Source of the DNA: Mobula hypostoma
Taxonomy: Eukaryota
DNA: 64,000 nucleotides
Assembly (NCBI RefSeq): GCF_963921235.1
Contig: NC_086122.1
Coordinates: 32,674,001-32,738,000 of the forward strand
Direction of reading: 5' to 3'
Below, one piece after another: positions 39,853 through 52,619 of this stretch. The first letter of the stretch is position 1. Every line of letters begins with the position of its first letter. The notes beneath the pieces were generated by a model that ran no database searches, had not been told where the DNA came from, and saw nothing but the letters and a program-made list of their open reading frames with translations. A program made the translations under genes and the position numbers.

Positions 39853-40981
39853 CAATGGATTCGGGTTACTTGGGATACATTGGGTCTAGTACATTTTGTC
39901 CCAATTAAGTGGCTCCCCCTAGTAGCCGAAGTTTCATGGAACTTTTTATAAAAAGTTATATTAAAAAAAAGATGCATCATGTATTCAAATGAAATGCAGA
40001 ACAAATTAGAACACTACTAATAGTACCATAGTACTATAAAATTGTGTGTTTTCGTTCGTTTGTTCTGTGCTGTGTCATACTATGTGGGCAATCATGGCCT
40101 TTCTATGACCATGCTTGCTCTTGGCAAGTTTTTTCTACAGAAATGTTCTGCCATTGCCAGCTTCTGGGCAGTGTCTTTACAAGATGGGTGACCCCAGCCA
40201 TTATCAATACTCTTCAGAGACTGCCTGGCGTCAGTGGTCACATAACCAGGACTTGTGATGTGCACCATCTGCTCATACGACCATCCGCCTCTTACTCCCA
40301 TAGCTTCACGTAACCCTGGCTGGGGGGCTGAGCAGGTGCTATGCCTTGCCTAAGTGTGATTTGCAGGCTTTGGTAGAGACGTATCTCCACCCCACCACCC
40401 TATGAAACTGTATTGGTTCCTAATAGTTATTGATGGAGGATTTCATCCAGTGTACGCAATGTACAAAATTAGTGCAGATAATGGACTGCCTTCATACAGT
40501 GCTACCGAAGATTGCATTCTCCAAATCTTCATTTTCATCATAACATTCAAGATGGTTGTCAATACCTTCGTAATTCCTAACTTGTTGAAGTAGTGAGATT
40601 GTTATATTTTCACTCCAGGCTGTTTCTGGCAGCTCCAAGCCTGAGTGCTTGAAACCACAGTGAGCAAAACAATTTCCAATTGTCTTGCTGCTTATTTCTC
40701 GCTGACTATCAGTGACAATAATCCATGCTTTTTGAAACAAACACACACAACTGACACTGTTTAAATATTCACTCTGCACAGTGTTGTGTCAAACGGCCAC
40801 ACAAGTGCATGCGATTGTTGCCAATTTGCTTGTTCGGCAACAATCTCCTGACCCAGTTGAGTGGCAGAGTGTCTCAAATAAACAAAAGGAATCCTGGCAA
40901 TTTTAGTTTTTGTTCTTTAAGAGTTGTCCCAAATAAGTGCTGCCCTGATTAAATGATGGCTCAATTAACCAGAATCCACTG
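39853..40981 (-). mobile_element. Non-autonomous Tigger/pogo derivative with both TIRs
   Basis: CAATGGATTC...GAATCCACTG-TA ends; KTIGNCFAHCGF transposase C-terminal remnant; same left end as 25013. Confidence 0.85.
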
Positions 40982-43268
40982 TATTTACTTGAGGATAATT
41001 TAGATAACTGGGGAAAAACTGAATCTATTTTATTTATTACATTATTTGCAAAAAAAAAAGGTTAAAAGAATGCTAGTAGTTTAATCTGTCAATCAACTGC
41101 TGTAGATTATATTTGATAGTTGAATATTATTTAGTTCAATTTTTGTTGTGACTACTGTTTTAATGTTCCAAATCATAGTTTATCACTGTTTAGTTCCGAG
41201 CCACTCTGCATATCTAAACCAAATGAAGTAATCTGAATTTCCCACTAGTTAAATTGTTTAAAAGGGTGTAATCCTTAATGCAGATTATTATGTTGTAAAT
41301 TAGCTACACTGATGGAGGAGGAAACAACTTTCAGCTTTTTGTATTTATCAAACTTTTGCTTCTCTCGTCAAATGCTGTTATTCATATTTGTCTTTGGCCT
41401 GTCATCATGTCCCATGAACCTAATCGTCAACATTCAGCAGACTTAAACTTCTTTTCAAATTATAGCATAGTGTGGATTCTTGCGAGAAGTAACAAAAGTT
41501 ATTGATAACTCCCATCTCTTAGACTTCAAAAATAAATTCTTGACTAGACTTAAATAGTAATATTTAGAGATCAACTTTTTTGGGGAAAATGCCATGAGTC
41601 ATCTTACCAAATTATCTCTGAAAGGTAGAATGTGTCATAGCGGTGGCATTTTTTAAATTCAAATTATTACAGATTTTGATTTAATGTCATCAAATCTAGT
41701 AAGATCTTGCAGCAGAGTATTGACATGGTAAGCTACTTTCCGAAATGCCATTTACAAATCTCAATCAAATTTCAGCTCCATCTGAAGTGGGACCATTTAG
41801 TCTACACATTTTGTCCCACTTTTTCCACCATTTGCATCACTCCCTCAAATCTCACAAAGCGCCAAAATTAATGTTGTGAATCTTTCTCTCTGGCTCGGGT
41901 TTGCTATCTGCTGGCAGAGCAGTCGAATTGTTAATTAGTACATTTGAGTACAATCAGTGAAGTAACTTGTATTGGGTTCTCTTTAGCTGAGAAGTGAAGG
42001 CTTGGTCTAATCCAGAGGTTCCCAGCCTGGCATTGGTCCATTCGTCCATGTCATAAAGAACGGTTGGGAGGTTGGGAACCGCTGGTGTAACCTGAGCAAG
42101 ATGACCTGTTGTCTTCATCTTAACTGCAACTTCTGATTATCTTCCTCCCAAATTTATTTTCAAGGACTGTATGATGTTTAAAATGTTAAATTTGCTTAGA
42201 TTTTTCACTAAATAAATTGGAATAGTAGAACTAAAATAGCTATGTTAATATCTTAAAATTTAAAAAAAAAGTTGGAAAAACATAACAAGTTAGGTAGCAT
42301 AATTGGAGAGAACAATTGTTATTTTGGGCAAATGTGTGATCTCAACTGCTGTCCATCCTACTGGTGCTGAACTGTGTTCCTAGTTTTCCAATTATTACTT
42401 TGTAAGTAAAAACCACCACCACCCTTAGCCGAACTCAAATTTGCCATAGCGACTCAGTTAGATCATTGTAAAGACAAATCTACGTGCCACGTTATTTCCG
42501 AGTTTCATTGTGTTTAAGTGTAGTGTTAGATTGCTTGTTGCATTCTATTCTAAAGGCTGGGAATCCTCCAGGTACCCACCAGTCTTGAGTAGAGATTCAG
42601 CCCGTTATTCCAATGTACAACTGAGAATTTGGTTGTAGCTAATTCTGGCCAATTGAAGGAGTAAATTTGCTTTTAGCATAAGTACAACTTTGATTGTATT
42701 TGGAGACTCTGGTTCTAATATCTACTCCAATGAATGCATCTTGTTCCAAAACTGAGAACACATTTGCCTGCAAGTTCAAGACAATGTTTTGAGAATTTGC
42801 TCTGCTCTGTTTTGTAAAAGAGTCAAAATAAAGGCAAACAAAATGAAGTTCATTCATCTTGGAGTATTCAGCTTCATTTAAATATGTCTTAATAAAGATA
42901 ACTTTGAAGCATGCTATTTGCTACATGAAGAAATAAAGTTTCAGATACACAAATTGAACAACAATATAAAAGCAGGTGCTGGAAATCTGAATCCAAAGCG
43001 CATCCTAGAAATACACAGCAGACTACCAGATCCTTCTTGGAACATGTAATCACCCTTTCCCATGGGCTCCATTTCCCTTCTGGATTAAATAGCTACCTAT
43101 CAGTAGTTGGTAGTGATAATCATAACGGTACCAATCTCTGGAAGTTTGGGGTTGAGGGTGGGGAGCATCGATGCCTAAACCCTTAGTTTACTAAGAAACA
43201 ACCTCTCTCTCATATTTCTTACCTTTTGTACTTGGATAACAGGTTACAGTAGCAACATCTTAAATTTA

Positions 43269-43557
43269 GGGCATCACGGTAGTGTAGCGGTTTGCGCGAC
43301 GCTGTTACGGCTTATTTCGTTGGGAGTTCAGAGTTAAATTCCAACACCGCCTGTGAGGAGTTTGTATGTTTTTTTTTCCCGTGAGCGCGTGGGTTCCCTC
43401 CAACTGCTCCATTTTCCTGCCGCGGTCCAAAGACGTACCGGTTAGTAGGTTAATTGGTCGTTGTAAATTGTCCCCAAAGGGTTAAATAGGTGGGTTGTAA
43501 TACAGGGCAGCTCGATGAGCCAGAAGGGCCTGTTCTGTGCCGCGTCTCTAAATAAAA
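43269..43557 (+). mobile_element. tRNA-derived V-SINE/HE1-like SINE (other copies about 7570-7820 minus, 36165-36395 minus, 43850-44128 plus, 46700-46860 minus, 54060-54320 minus)
   Basis: A-box-like GGTAGTGTAGCGG; V-domain GCGTGGGTT(T/C)CCTCC..GTCCAAAGAC; GTCTCTAAATAAA tail. Confidence 0.82.
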
Positions 43558-45504
43558 TTGACTTAAATTCGGTGGTTAAAGAAGATCCCGCATTTATATG
43601 GCACTCTTCAGCAGCTTGGTTCCACAAAGCACTTTGTAACCGTTCTACATGACTGCACTTGAAAAGTGTCCTTTTAAAAGGATTAATGTTACTTAAAATA
43701 AATCCCCCTAACCTAAAAATTTCGGTGGGGAAATGTAAGCAGAATTAGCAGTAAAATGTGATGTTGAAAATGGTGCATAACTCTTCAGCTTTGTAACAGC
43801 ATAGTCTGGGTGTGAGTTTCAGTCTGGAACACAATTCAATTGTGAATTGAAGCATGACGCAGGGTGGCTAGCACGACGCTTGGCAGCACCAGCCACCCGG
43901 ATTCAATTTCCGCTGCTGTCTGTAAGGAGTTTTTATGTTCTCCCCCCGACTGCGTGGGTTTCCTCCGGGTGCTCCGGTTTCCTCCCACAGTCCAAAGAGG
44001 TACCAGTTCGAAGGTTAATTGGTCATTGTAAATTGTCCTGTTATTAGGCAAAGGGTTAAAGCAGGGGTTGCTAGGTGGTGCAGCTCAAATGACTGGAAGG
44101 GCCAATTCTGCGCTGTATCTGAATAAAGTAAAATATTAAGAAATATTCTTGAAGAGTGCGACCTTTAGTCTATGACTATTAATGTTGTGAATTGAAGCAT
44201 ATATTAAGAAAAGATGTACTTGGGGTGTGAGCCCTATTAAATCTAGGCAGGCAGAAGAGTTCTTAAACACAGTTTAGTTATAGTGGGTGGCAAAGCTGAG
44301 GCTGTCTGTTTGTAGCAAATGTAATTGAGTATTTGGTATTTCTTGCCACTACTCTGTCCACAATCCAGAATTATCCCTATTTTCCATGTGATTCTTGTTA
44401 TTCGTTAATAAAGTTATTATTTCTAGCTTTTGAAAGAAAGCTACAGGGAACTTTCGCAGTGACATCATTTAAACTTTACAAATCTGCAATTACTTTTAAC
44501 GTGCAAGTTATTGTTAAAGCTGAATTTCCTTGTTTGGAAGATTACGTGGTTCACCTACATCTGCCAAGCATTAAACGTCGACACCAATGTTCTTTCAAAG
44601 ACACATCACTTTTAGGGGATATCTATTTTTTGTCTGTGTTGTACGTATTTTGTGTTGTGCATTTATTATGGGTAATTTGGGTGTGGTAGAAGTGAATGAG
44701 TATAGTTACGTCTTCATGCTTTGTCTTGAGTCAGTTTTTAGTCCAAGTAGAGCCGGGGGTGGGGGAGGGGGGTAAACCATGGGGTGATTTATTTATTTAT
44801 TGTTTTGGTTGCCTGCTAATTGAAACACTGATGCTTAAGATTGTTAACTTTATTGTTATATTGTTACTGGACCACTTAGTATTGTTAATTTAACATAGAA
44901 CATAGAAAATCTGCAACACATTACAGGCCCTTCAGCCCACAATGCAACCTACGGTAGAAGCTGCCTAGAATTTTCCTGCGCATAGTCCTCTATTTTTCAA
45001 AGCTCCATGTACCTCAAAGTCTCTGTTAGTTTTTTAATGTTACAAGATTGTTCATCTTTGCTGGTTTCTTAAAGGATCTTTTGAACTTTGGAACTTTGTT
45101 ATCGTCAATAGCGAGTTATACAGTGTCTACACCCCCACTCCCGTGCTCGGTCTCAGAGCAGTTTTGGTTTATAACCGCTACAGACGATTTTTTTGTTTTG
45201 ATGTGGTAAAAGTATCTTAAATAGGTTGACTTAAAGCAGATGATTAAGAGCTGGGATTAAATAATGCCAGTGGAAAACCTGTGGGCCATTAGTAAAATAA
45301 TTAGTGATCAGGTTATTGATTTACAAGAGTGATGTTCTGAAATTAAACATATCTCGGTATACTGTATGTTGGGAGGGGGTATTTGGCGGCGTTCCATGTT
45401 ATGTGATGCACTTGTGGATCTTGCCAGTCAAGGACCTCAGGACCTGAGGTACAAATCCTTTCTCGGCCTAAAATTTACTGAACCCTCTTTTTATCTCATT
45501 GCAG

Positions 45505-45512
45505 CTAACTGA
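45505..45512 (+). CDS. AK2: Candidate alternative terminal exon (AK2B-like isoform ending ...GATSN*)
   Basis: Internal donor ACAT|GTAAGG in exon 6 (after 39789); strong acceptor ctctttttatctcattgcag followed by CT AAC TGA. Confidence 0.5.
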
Positions 45513-47789
45513 AAATTATGATGCCAGAGAGTTTTCCAAGCCACAATGTGCCAAGCGATCAAGTTTGCAAATGTTTACATAATGAGATGGGGATATTGGT
45601 TGTAGTATTGAAGTGCAATCCAGTTTTTAAAAACGTTGTGGAACATAATGTGTGAATTACTGAGTGCCATTACTTGTCAATTAATTAATTTCTCCCTTTT
45701 TTATGGATCTATTATGGGAGAGAGGGAACATTTTTGGTTTATGCAGAACCATGTTATATGCTGATAACTTTTTCTAATTGCCTTAACAATACTACATATT
45801 GCCTTACGGTGGGGTGCAAGTTTGTCACATGAGCTAATTATAGATAATCTTTTTATGGATGATGGAACAATAAAGAGATGTACACATTTACCATGCTGTT
45901 TAAATTCAGTCTTGTTGGTTGCTTTAAGGGTTACTGGATCTTCCACAAAGTAAGTAACCCATTATTGTTTAAATTAGGGGTTCCCAATCTGGGATCCACA
46001 CACCCTTTGCTTAACAGTATTGGCCCATGGTATAAAAGAGGTTGGGAGCCTCTATTTTAGTTGAATATATTTAAATACCTTGGATATGATGAACTAATTC
46101 ATCTGCAGTTTCTTTGCAAGCTGTGTTACTTTGGATTACAATTTCTTCTCCTTTTGGCAACATCAGTCCCAATGCACAATTACATCCTTTAACCTTTCAA
46201 ATTTCTGAACAGTTAGATAGCGTGCTGAAATCAGCAGTTGAAATGTCCCCCAATTAAATCTTGGCAACATGAACCCCCTTGGGCTGGATCTTCTCAAACT
46301 GCCCGCCTCAAAACCTACTCTTCCTTTACACACTCTCTCCAATTTAATCCAACAACCTATGCCCCTGGGCTAACAATTCATCAAGAAATTAGTATATCTC
46401 ATCTTCACAAGTCAAATTTTTTTTCTAGAGTTTTCAGGTATAAGTTGACATTCCTTTTACAAACATTAATTCCATTTAAAATCGGTGAACTTAGCCAATA
46501 GTGTTCCAGCCTAAGTGTGGAGAAATCTGTGCAAGCTTTTACTCTCCCTTAGGCGCTATGCTTTAGCCACAGAGTTCATTCCTCACATCAGTCTGAAACT
46601 AAACTAGATGATTTCCAAAATCATTGTAAAACAGCTCCCTTAATGAGCCTTGGCCTATTCATGCATTCCATTTTGATGGCCATCTATTTCCATTCTAATT
46701 TTATTTAGAATTTTGGTTCATGCATGGCCCGTTGGCTGTGCAGCCCAGCAGCCCTCCAGTTCAACCCTAGGCTAATCACAGGATAATTTATGATGACCAA
46801 TTAACCGGTAGGTCTTTGGACTGTGGGAGGAAACTGGAGCATCCAGAGGGGACACACACACACACACACACACAGAGGAAGAATGTCCAGGTGCAGGGTC
46901 GAAAGCTCTTGAATTTTGTTCCAAAATCTCTGCTTTACTTTTTTTTTCTTGAGATGCTTCTTGTAACTGCACCAAGAATCTAGTCACTATTTCCTTCAGT
47001 GACGCAGTGTAAAGGTTGGTTTGATAATGGCCTGGTGCAGAGTTTTGTTACAAGTAAACGAGCTAAACAGGTTGCGGATCGTCGGTTTCTGGAAACCATA
47101 ATTATCACTGACAAAGTAATAGTGTGTGCCGTGGCATGGGCCAAATCCTGCTGGCTGAAGTTGAGAAATGCAGAGCCAATTAGTCTCAGACTCGCACATT
47201 TCCACCGCGTCGTGCTGAAGGCCGAGCTGTCCCAAGGGACGCGTGGGCGCCTTACCTGAACTGCTGTCTGGTCGCCGGGCTCGCCCTGGAGTGGCTCCTG
47301 CCTGAAGAAAAGAGCCAAACAGGCCTCTCAAACTATCCTGTTCATGCCAAGGACCGATGGCTGGTGTGTGACAAAACGACCTACTTGATGTCCAAGTGTG
47401 AACTGTGACCCCGCTGACCCAGAGGAATGAAGTAAATGAAATGTGTTTTTTAAATTTATTTTAATAAACAGTATAAAATATTTAAATATTTCAGTGTAAA
47501 GCTATTTTAATACTGTAGCTTCTTGACTGGAGATATTTACATATATTTAAAAAGCTGTTTATCGAACTGTCGGCTGTTTCAAATGGGAACTCGGGATACA
47601 CTGCATTTGTACATGGAAAACACTCTGAACATCTTTCAGGCGCAGGATCTTGCCCCTTCAGTCAACTGCATTCCAGCAAAAAATAAAGGTGGGCCTGGTG
47701 GTGAATCTGGTCAACCACCCCAGGTCCAGAATCATCTGGCCTTGTATAACAGTGCATAAATGGGTCCGTTTTCTCTCTTTCAAACAGGT

Positions 47790-49337
47790 ATACCACTTCA
47801 GATTTTTTTTGGGGGGGGGGTCAGTGTTCAGGAGAAAACAGTAGTAGCAGCCAGATCAGTGGTTCTGCTGTAGGGCAGTGAGAAATGTAAGTGAATAGTG
47901 ACTTGACTTGTAAGTGAGAGGAGACTTTATTGTCAGAAGCAGAGAGAGAGACATTTCTGTTGCCATGACTGACGCTGCAGGATGGTGTATTTAGGGAGTT
48001 CAGGTAGAAAGTTAGAAAGCACAACCTGCAAGGATGATTGTTCCCTGTGACACATGCTCGCTGGGAAGGTGGTGCAGGTGAATGTGTGACTGAAGACTGG
48101 TACAGGAGAGAGGCCTCGGATATTGGGTTCCTTTCCAGTGCGGGTGGGACCTATCCAAGAAGGACATGTTGCACATCCATTGATGGAGGGGGGATGAAAC
48201 CAATATGCAGGGAGGTCTGCTAGTGTTACTTGGAGGGTTCAAACTACTGTGGAGGTGGGTGGGAACAGGAGCAGTAGGTCAACCGGTGAAGGCACTGTGG
48301 AGAAGGTGGAGATGAACAAGTTATCTAATTGTAGGAACAAGTAGGGCTAATTTAATTTAGGAAGAGGAATATAGATTGGGTAAATGCAAGGAGGCTTTCT
48401 CCACCGAGGTTGGGTGGGGACTACAATCAGAGGTCATGGGTTAAGGGTGAAAGTGTGAAATGTTTAAGGGGAATTTTTTCACTATTTATTAATAATATAG
48501 AATGAGCTACCAGCGCAAGTGGTGCACACGAGCCCACTGTCAATGTCTAAGAGAAGTTTGGTTAGATACGTGGATGGGAGGGGCATGGAGTGCTTTGGTC
48601 CCAGTGCAGGTCGATGGGACTAGGCGGTTTAAATAGTTCAGCATGGACTAGATGGGCCTTTTTCTGTGCTGTACTTTTGTATGACTCTTTACTTTTTGTA
48701 TTAAAATATACATTAGTCAATGTGTAAAGCAGATGAGCCAAATGTAGCAGATTAGTCAATGTGTAAAGTCTGGATTAGTTCATGGAACTACAACTATAGA
48801 TACTTGGGAGAGAAGGACAGGGCCAGCAACTCAGTGTTCCAAGGTTTAGATACCCGTGATATGAGAGGGATGGAAAGGAGGCGAGAGAATCTCATAAAGG
48901 ATTAAGGAGAATGTTACAACTGCACTTAGTGTGGACACCTTGGAAAGTGAGGCCAGTGGGACCACATGAGTAGATCTCAGGAATAAGAAAGGGGCACTCA
49001 CTGTGTGGGTTGGGGGGGGGGATGTGGTGTGGTCACTGACTGGAGGTCTGTGTCCAGTGCCATTCTGTAAGGATCAAAAATATGTTGTTCAGAATGAAGA
49101 TGAATGACTTGGATGAAAATATCATTTGCTAGTATGCCGATGAGATGAGAATTAATGAAGTTGTGGATAGTGTGCAAGTTTACAAAGGATATAGATCAGT
49201 TGGAGACAGAGAAATGGCAGATGGGGTTTCATTCGGACAAGTGTGAGGAGATGCACTTTGGGAGGTCAAATGTATACAGTAAAGTGGTAGGAGACTTAGG
49301 ATAGAATATGTGAATGCAAGTTCATAGCTCCCTTAAG
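47790..49337 (+). mobile_element. Fragmented CR1 copies; the last one is interrupted by the Gypsy element and resumes at 51882
   Basis: CR1 ORF1/ORF2 and 3' tail remnants (DKCEEMHFGRSN; TATGACTC tail). Confidence 0.65.
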
Positions 49338-51881
49338 GTGGTAACTTCTACTTTGAAAAAGGCACACTCGACAACTTCATGCCAAAGAAACAACTTTATC
49401 TCGAACGTCAAAACCGATGTGTATATACAGAGGCTTCCAGAACCCACACGGCATGGCAGGAACACTATATACAAAGCACACCAGATGTAAAAACCCCCAT
49501 TATCCTAATTAGTATTAACTTACTTTTAATAATGCTCACATTACACTTCTCCCCCTTTAAAATCCAACATTTCCCAAATGTAAACAAAAACTAGGAAATG
49601 AAAACAGTGATGTTATTAACTTGCGTACCCCTGAAAACTTATACTAGTATCTCAACAACAGTTTATCAATACAAAACATCTGGAAAACATGACAGATTCA
49701 ACATTCAATCTAACAACAACAAAAACTGGCCCGTCAAAGATTCAGCCTGCCAGGAGGTTCACGAGTGCGCTGTGATCTGCGCACTACCCCCGGTGACCCT
49801 GCAGGCACCGCTGGTGAGGGTGTTTTGGGTGGATCTGGTTTTGGGAGCATGAGAAAAGTCTGTGTATCTGTGTGAGAATGTTCATTCTCCTCAGGGGACT
49901 CCGACCCCTCTGCCAGCATCTCTCTGGCCAAATCTCTGGTGGACATGCTTCCACCATAGTATGACTCACAAATGGAAACTCTATTGAACTGTCTGCCTCT
50001 GAGCCAGTATCATGACACAGGCGCACATGGTCCTGATGTCTGCGCCCATCAGTCAGCTTAACATAGGAGACGGGACCACTCTGCTTAAGAATAACCCCAG
50101 GCAGCCAATGCTGATTGTTTCTCACATAGACATTGTCATCTGGTTTTAACTGTCTCTCTCGCGCATGTTGATCATGTCCCTCCCTCTGCTTTTCCTGCTT
50201 TCTCTCCACTTTCGCCTTCGTGTCCGGGTGCAGCAGGTCCAACCTTGACTTGGGCCTACGTCCCATCAGCATCTCTACTGGAATGCTGGTGGTCGTAGTC
50301 TGTGGCGTGAGGTGGTATTTAAACAGGAAACGTGAAAGCCGAATGCTAAGAGAGTCCCGTCATCCGCTTTAGCCTGCCTTCACTGTCTGAACAGCCCGCT
50401 CAGCCAAACCTTTGGAGGCTGGGTGGAAAGGGGCTGTCCGAATGTGATTAATGCCATTCTGCTGCGGGAACTCACTGAACAGCTCACTGGTGAACGTCGG
50501 GCCATTATCAGTGACCAGAGTGTCAGGCAACCCGTGGAGTGCAAACACTTGCCTGAGTTTGTCTATGGTTGAGGGGGCTGTGATGTTGCTCATGATGTGA
50601 GCTTCGATCCATTTAGAATGCGCATCTACCATTACAAGAAACATCTGCCCCATAAAAGGGCCGGCAAAGTTCAAATGTAGCCTCGACCGGGGTGGTCTGG
50701 CCACTCCCATGGGTGCAAAGGAGCTGGTGGTGGCATATTCTGGTTAGTCTGACGTTGTGTGCATGATTTTACCTTGTTCTCCAGATCCTGATCCATTCCT
50801 GGCCACCAAACGTAGCATCTTGCAAGGCTTTTCATTTGAGACACCCCTGGATGAGTCTCATGAATTTCTTCCACAATCTGTGAACGGCCAGGAGGAGGCA
50901 CGATGACCCCCCCCCCCCCCAGAATATGCAGCCATCCTGCAGACTGAGATCAGTCTTGCGTTTGGCATAAGGCCTCAGTTCCTCTCCTTCCGCCACTCTG
51001 GGCCAACCTTGTAAAAGAAAAGTCTTGACTTGGGACAGGACTGGGCCCCTCTCTGTCCACTACTTGATTTGGGTCGCCTTTACAGGTGTCTCCGACAGCC
51101 TCTCCAGGCCTTGGGCAATCTCTAAGGCTTTCTTGAAAGTCAACGGTGGGGTTTCCCCTAAAAGGCGACGTTGTATGGCGTCATTATTAACGCCGCATAC
51201 CAGTCTATCACGGAGCATATCTTCCAACAACGCTCCGAAATCACAATGCTCCGACAGCTGCCGAAGCTCGGCCATGAAATTGGCCACAGACTGACCTGGC
51301 TTCCTGAAACGGCTGTGAAACTTACACCGTTGGACATACCACCGAAGGTTTCGGATTGTAGTGGTTCCCTACGAGCTTGACCAGTTCCTCATATGGAATG
51401 TTCCGCGGTATGGCTAAATTCCTTATTAGCTTGTAAGTCTTCGCCCCACACACACTCAGGAGAATAGAGCGCTTCTTAGCCTCCTCAGTAATTCCATTAG
51501 CACAGAAAAAGTGTCCCAACCTTTCCTCATACTCCGGCCAGTCCTCCGTTAACTCCACAAATTCAACGACAGTTCCAAACGCAGATCGTGAGGCCCCTTA
51601 TCGGCGCTGCTGCTCGCGTTCGAAACGCGCCGACACGTCTACAAAACCAGTTCACCTCGTCGCCAAAAATATGTGGTAACTTCTACTTTGAAAAAGGCAC
51701 ACTCAGCAACTTCATGCCCAAAGAAAAAACTTTATCTCGAACGTCAGAACCATTATGTACACACAGAGGCTTTCACAACCCGTACGGCATGGCAGGAACA
51801 CTATATGCAAAGCACACCGTAAGTAAAACCCTCCATTATCCTAATTAGTATTAACCTACTTTTAATAATGTTCACATTACA
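49338..51881 (-). mobile_element. Internally deleted Gypsy/Ty3 LTR retrotransposon (gag fused to integrase; PR, RT and RNase H missing)
   Basis: LTRs 49338-49545 and 51672-51881; PBS TGGCGACGAG; PPT AAAGGGGGAGAAG; gag LRDRLVCG; integrase HPGVSQMKSLAR..WWPG, VTDNGPTF, GLAERAVQT. Confidence 0.93.
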
Positions 51882-52619
51882 ACAGATACTATGTTAAAGA
51901 AGACATACAATATACTTTATCTGTCCGGCGTTGCTTGTAAAAGTTGGCAAATCATATTGTATAAAACTTGGTCGACTGCAGAATGAGAAAAATCTCTATT
52001 GTACGTTCTTTAGGGGACGGTATTTACCAGAACTCAGTGCCCGAGAAGCATCATAATTAGATGCCATGCCACAGAACAGGGCATAATTCACCGACTCCAT
52101 CACCGTCATTATGGGCCGTGTCGTATGACGTGGGCGATAATGACCGTGATTGTCCTTGGCAATTTTTTTTAACAAAAGTGGTTTGCCGTTGCTTTCTTCT
52201 GGGCAGAGTCTTTACAAGACGGGTGACCCCAGCCATTATCAATACTCTTCAGAGATTGTCTGCCTGGCGTCAGTGGTTGCATAACCAGGACTTGTGATGT
52301 GCCCCGGGTCCTCGTACGACCATCCACACCTTGCCCAAGGTGGGGTGGGGCGGGGGGGGAATGCCTGCAAGCTAATGGAGGGAAGGACCGCCTTTGTTAG
52401 AGACGTATCTCCACCCCACCATCCCTTCTTCGCATTACCCCGTTTCCTCCCGCACTCCAAAAGACGTACCCTACCGGTTGCTAGGTCAATTGGTCATTAT
52501 GAATTGTCCCGTGACCGTGATTATGGTAGGGTCAAATAGGTGGGTTGTGCGACAGCACATTTTGAAGAGCCTATTCCGCCCTTTCTCAAATAATATGTAT
52601 ATAAATAAATGAAGAAGAG

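Noticed and set aside
43269-43350. tRNA gene
   Set aside because: It is a SINE head with a degenerate B box, continuing into the V-SINE body; no cloverleaf.
46980-47331. Overlapping 86-112 aa ORFs as a novel small gene
   Set aside because: No recognisable domain, non-ATG starts, and open frames are expected by chance in GC-richer sequence.
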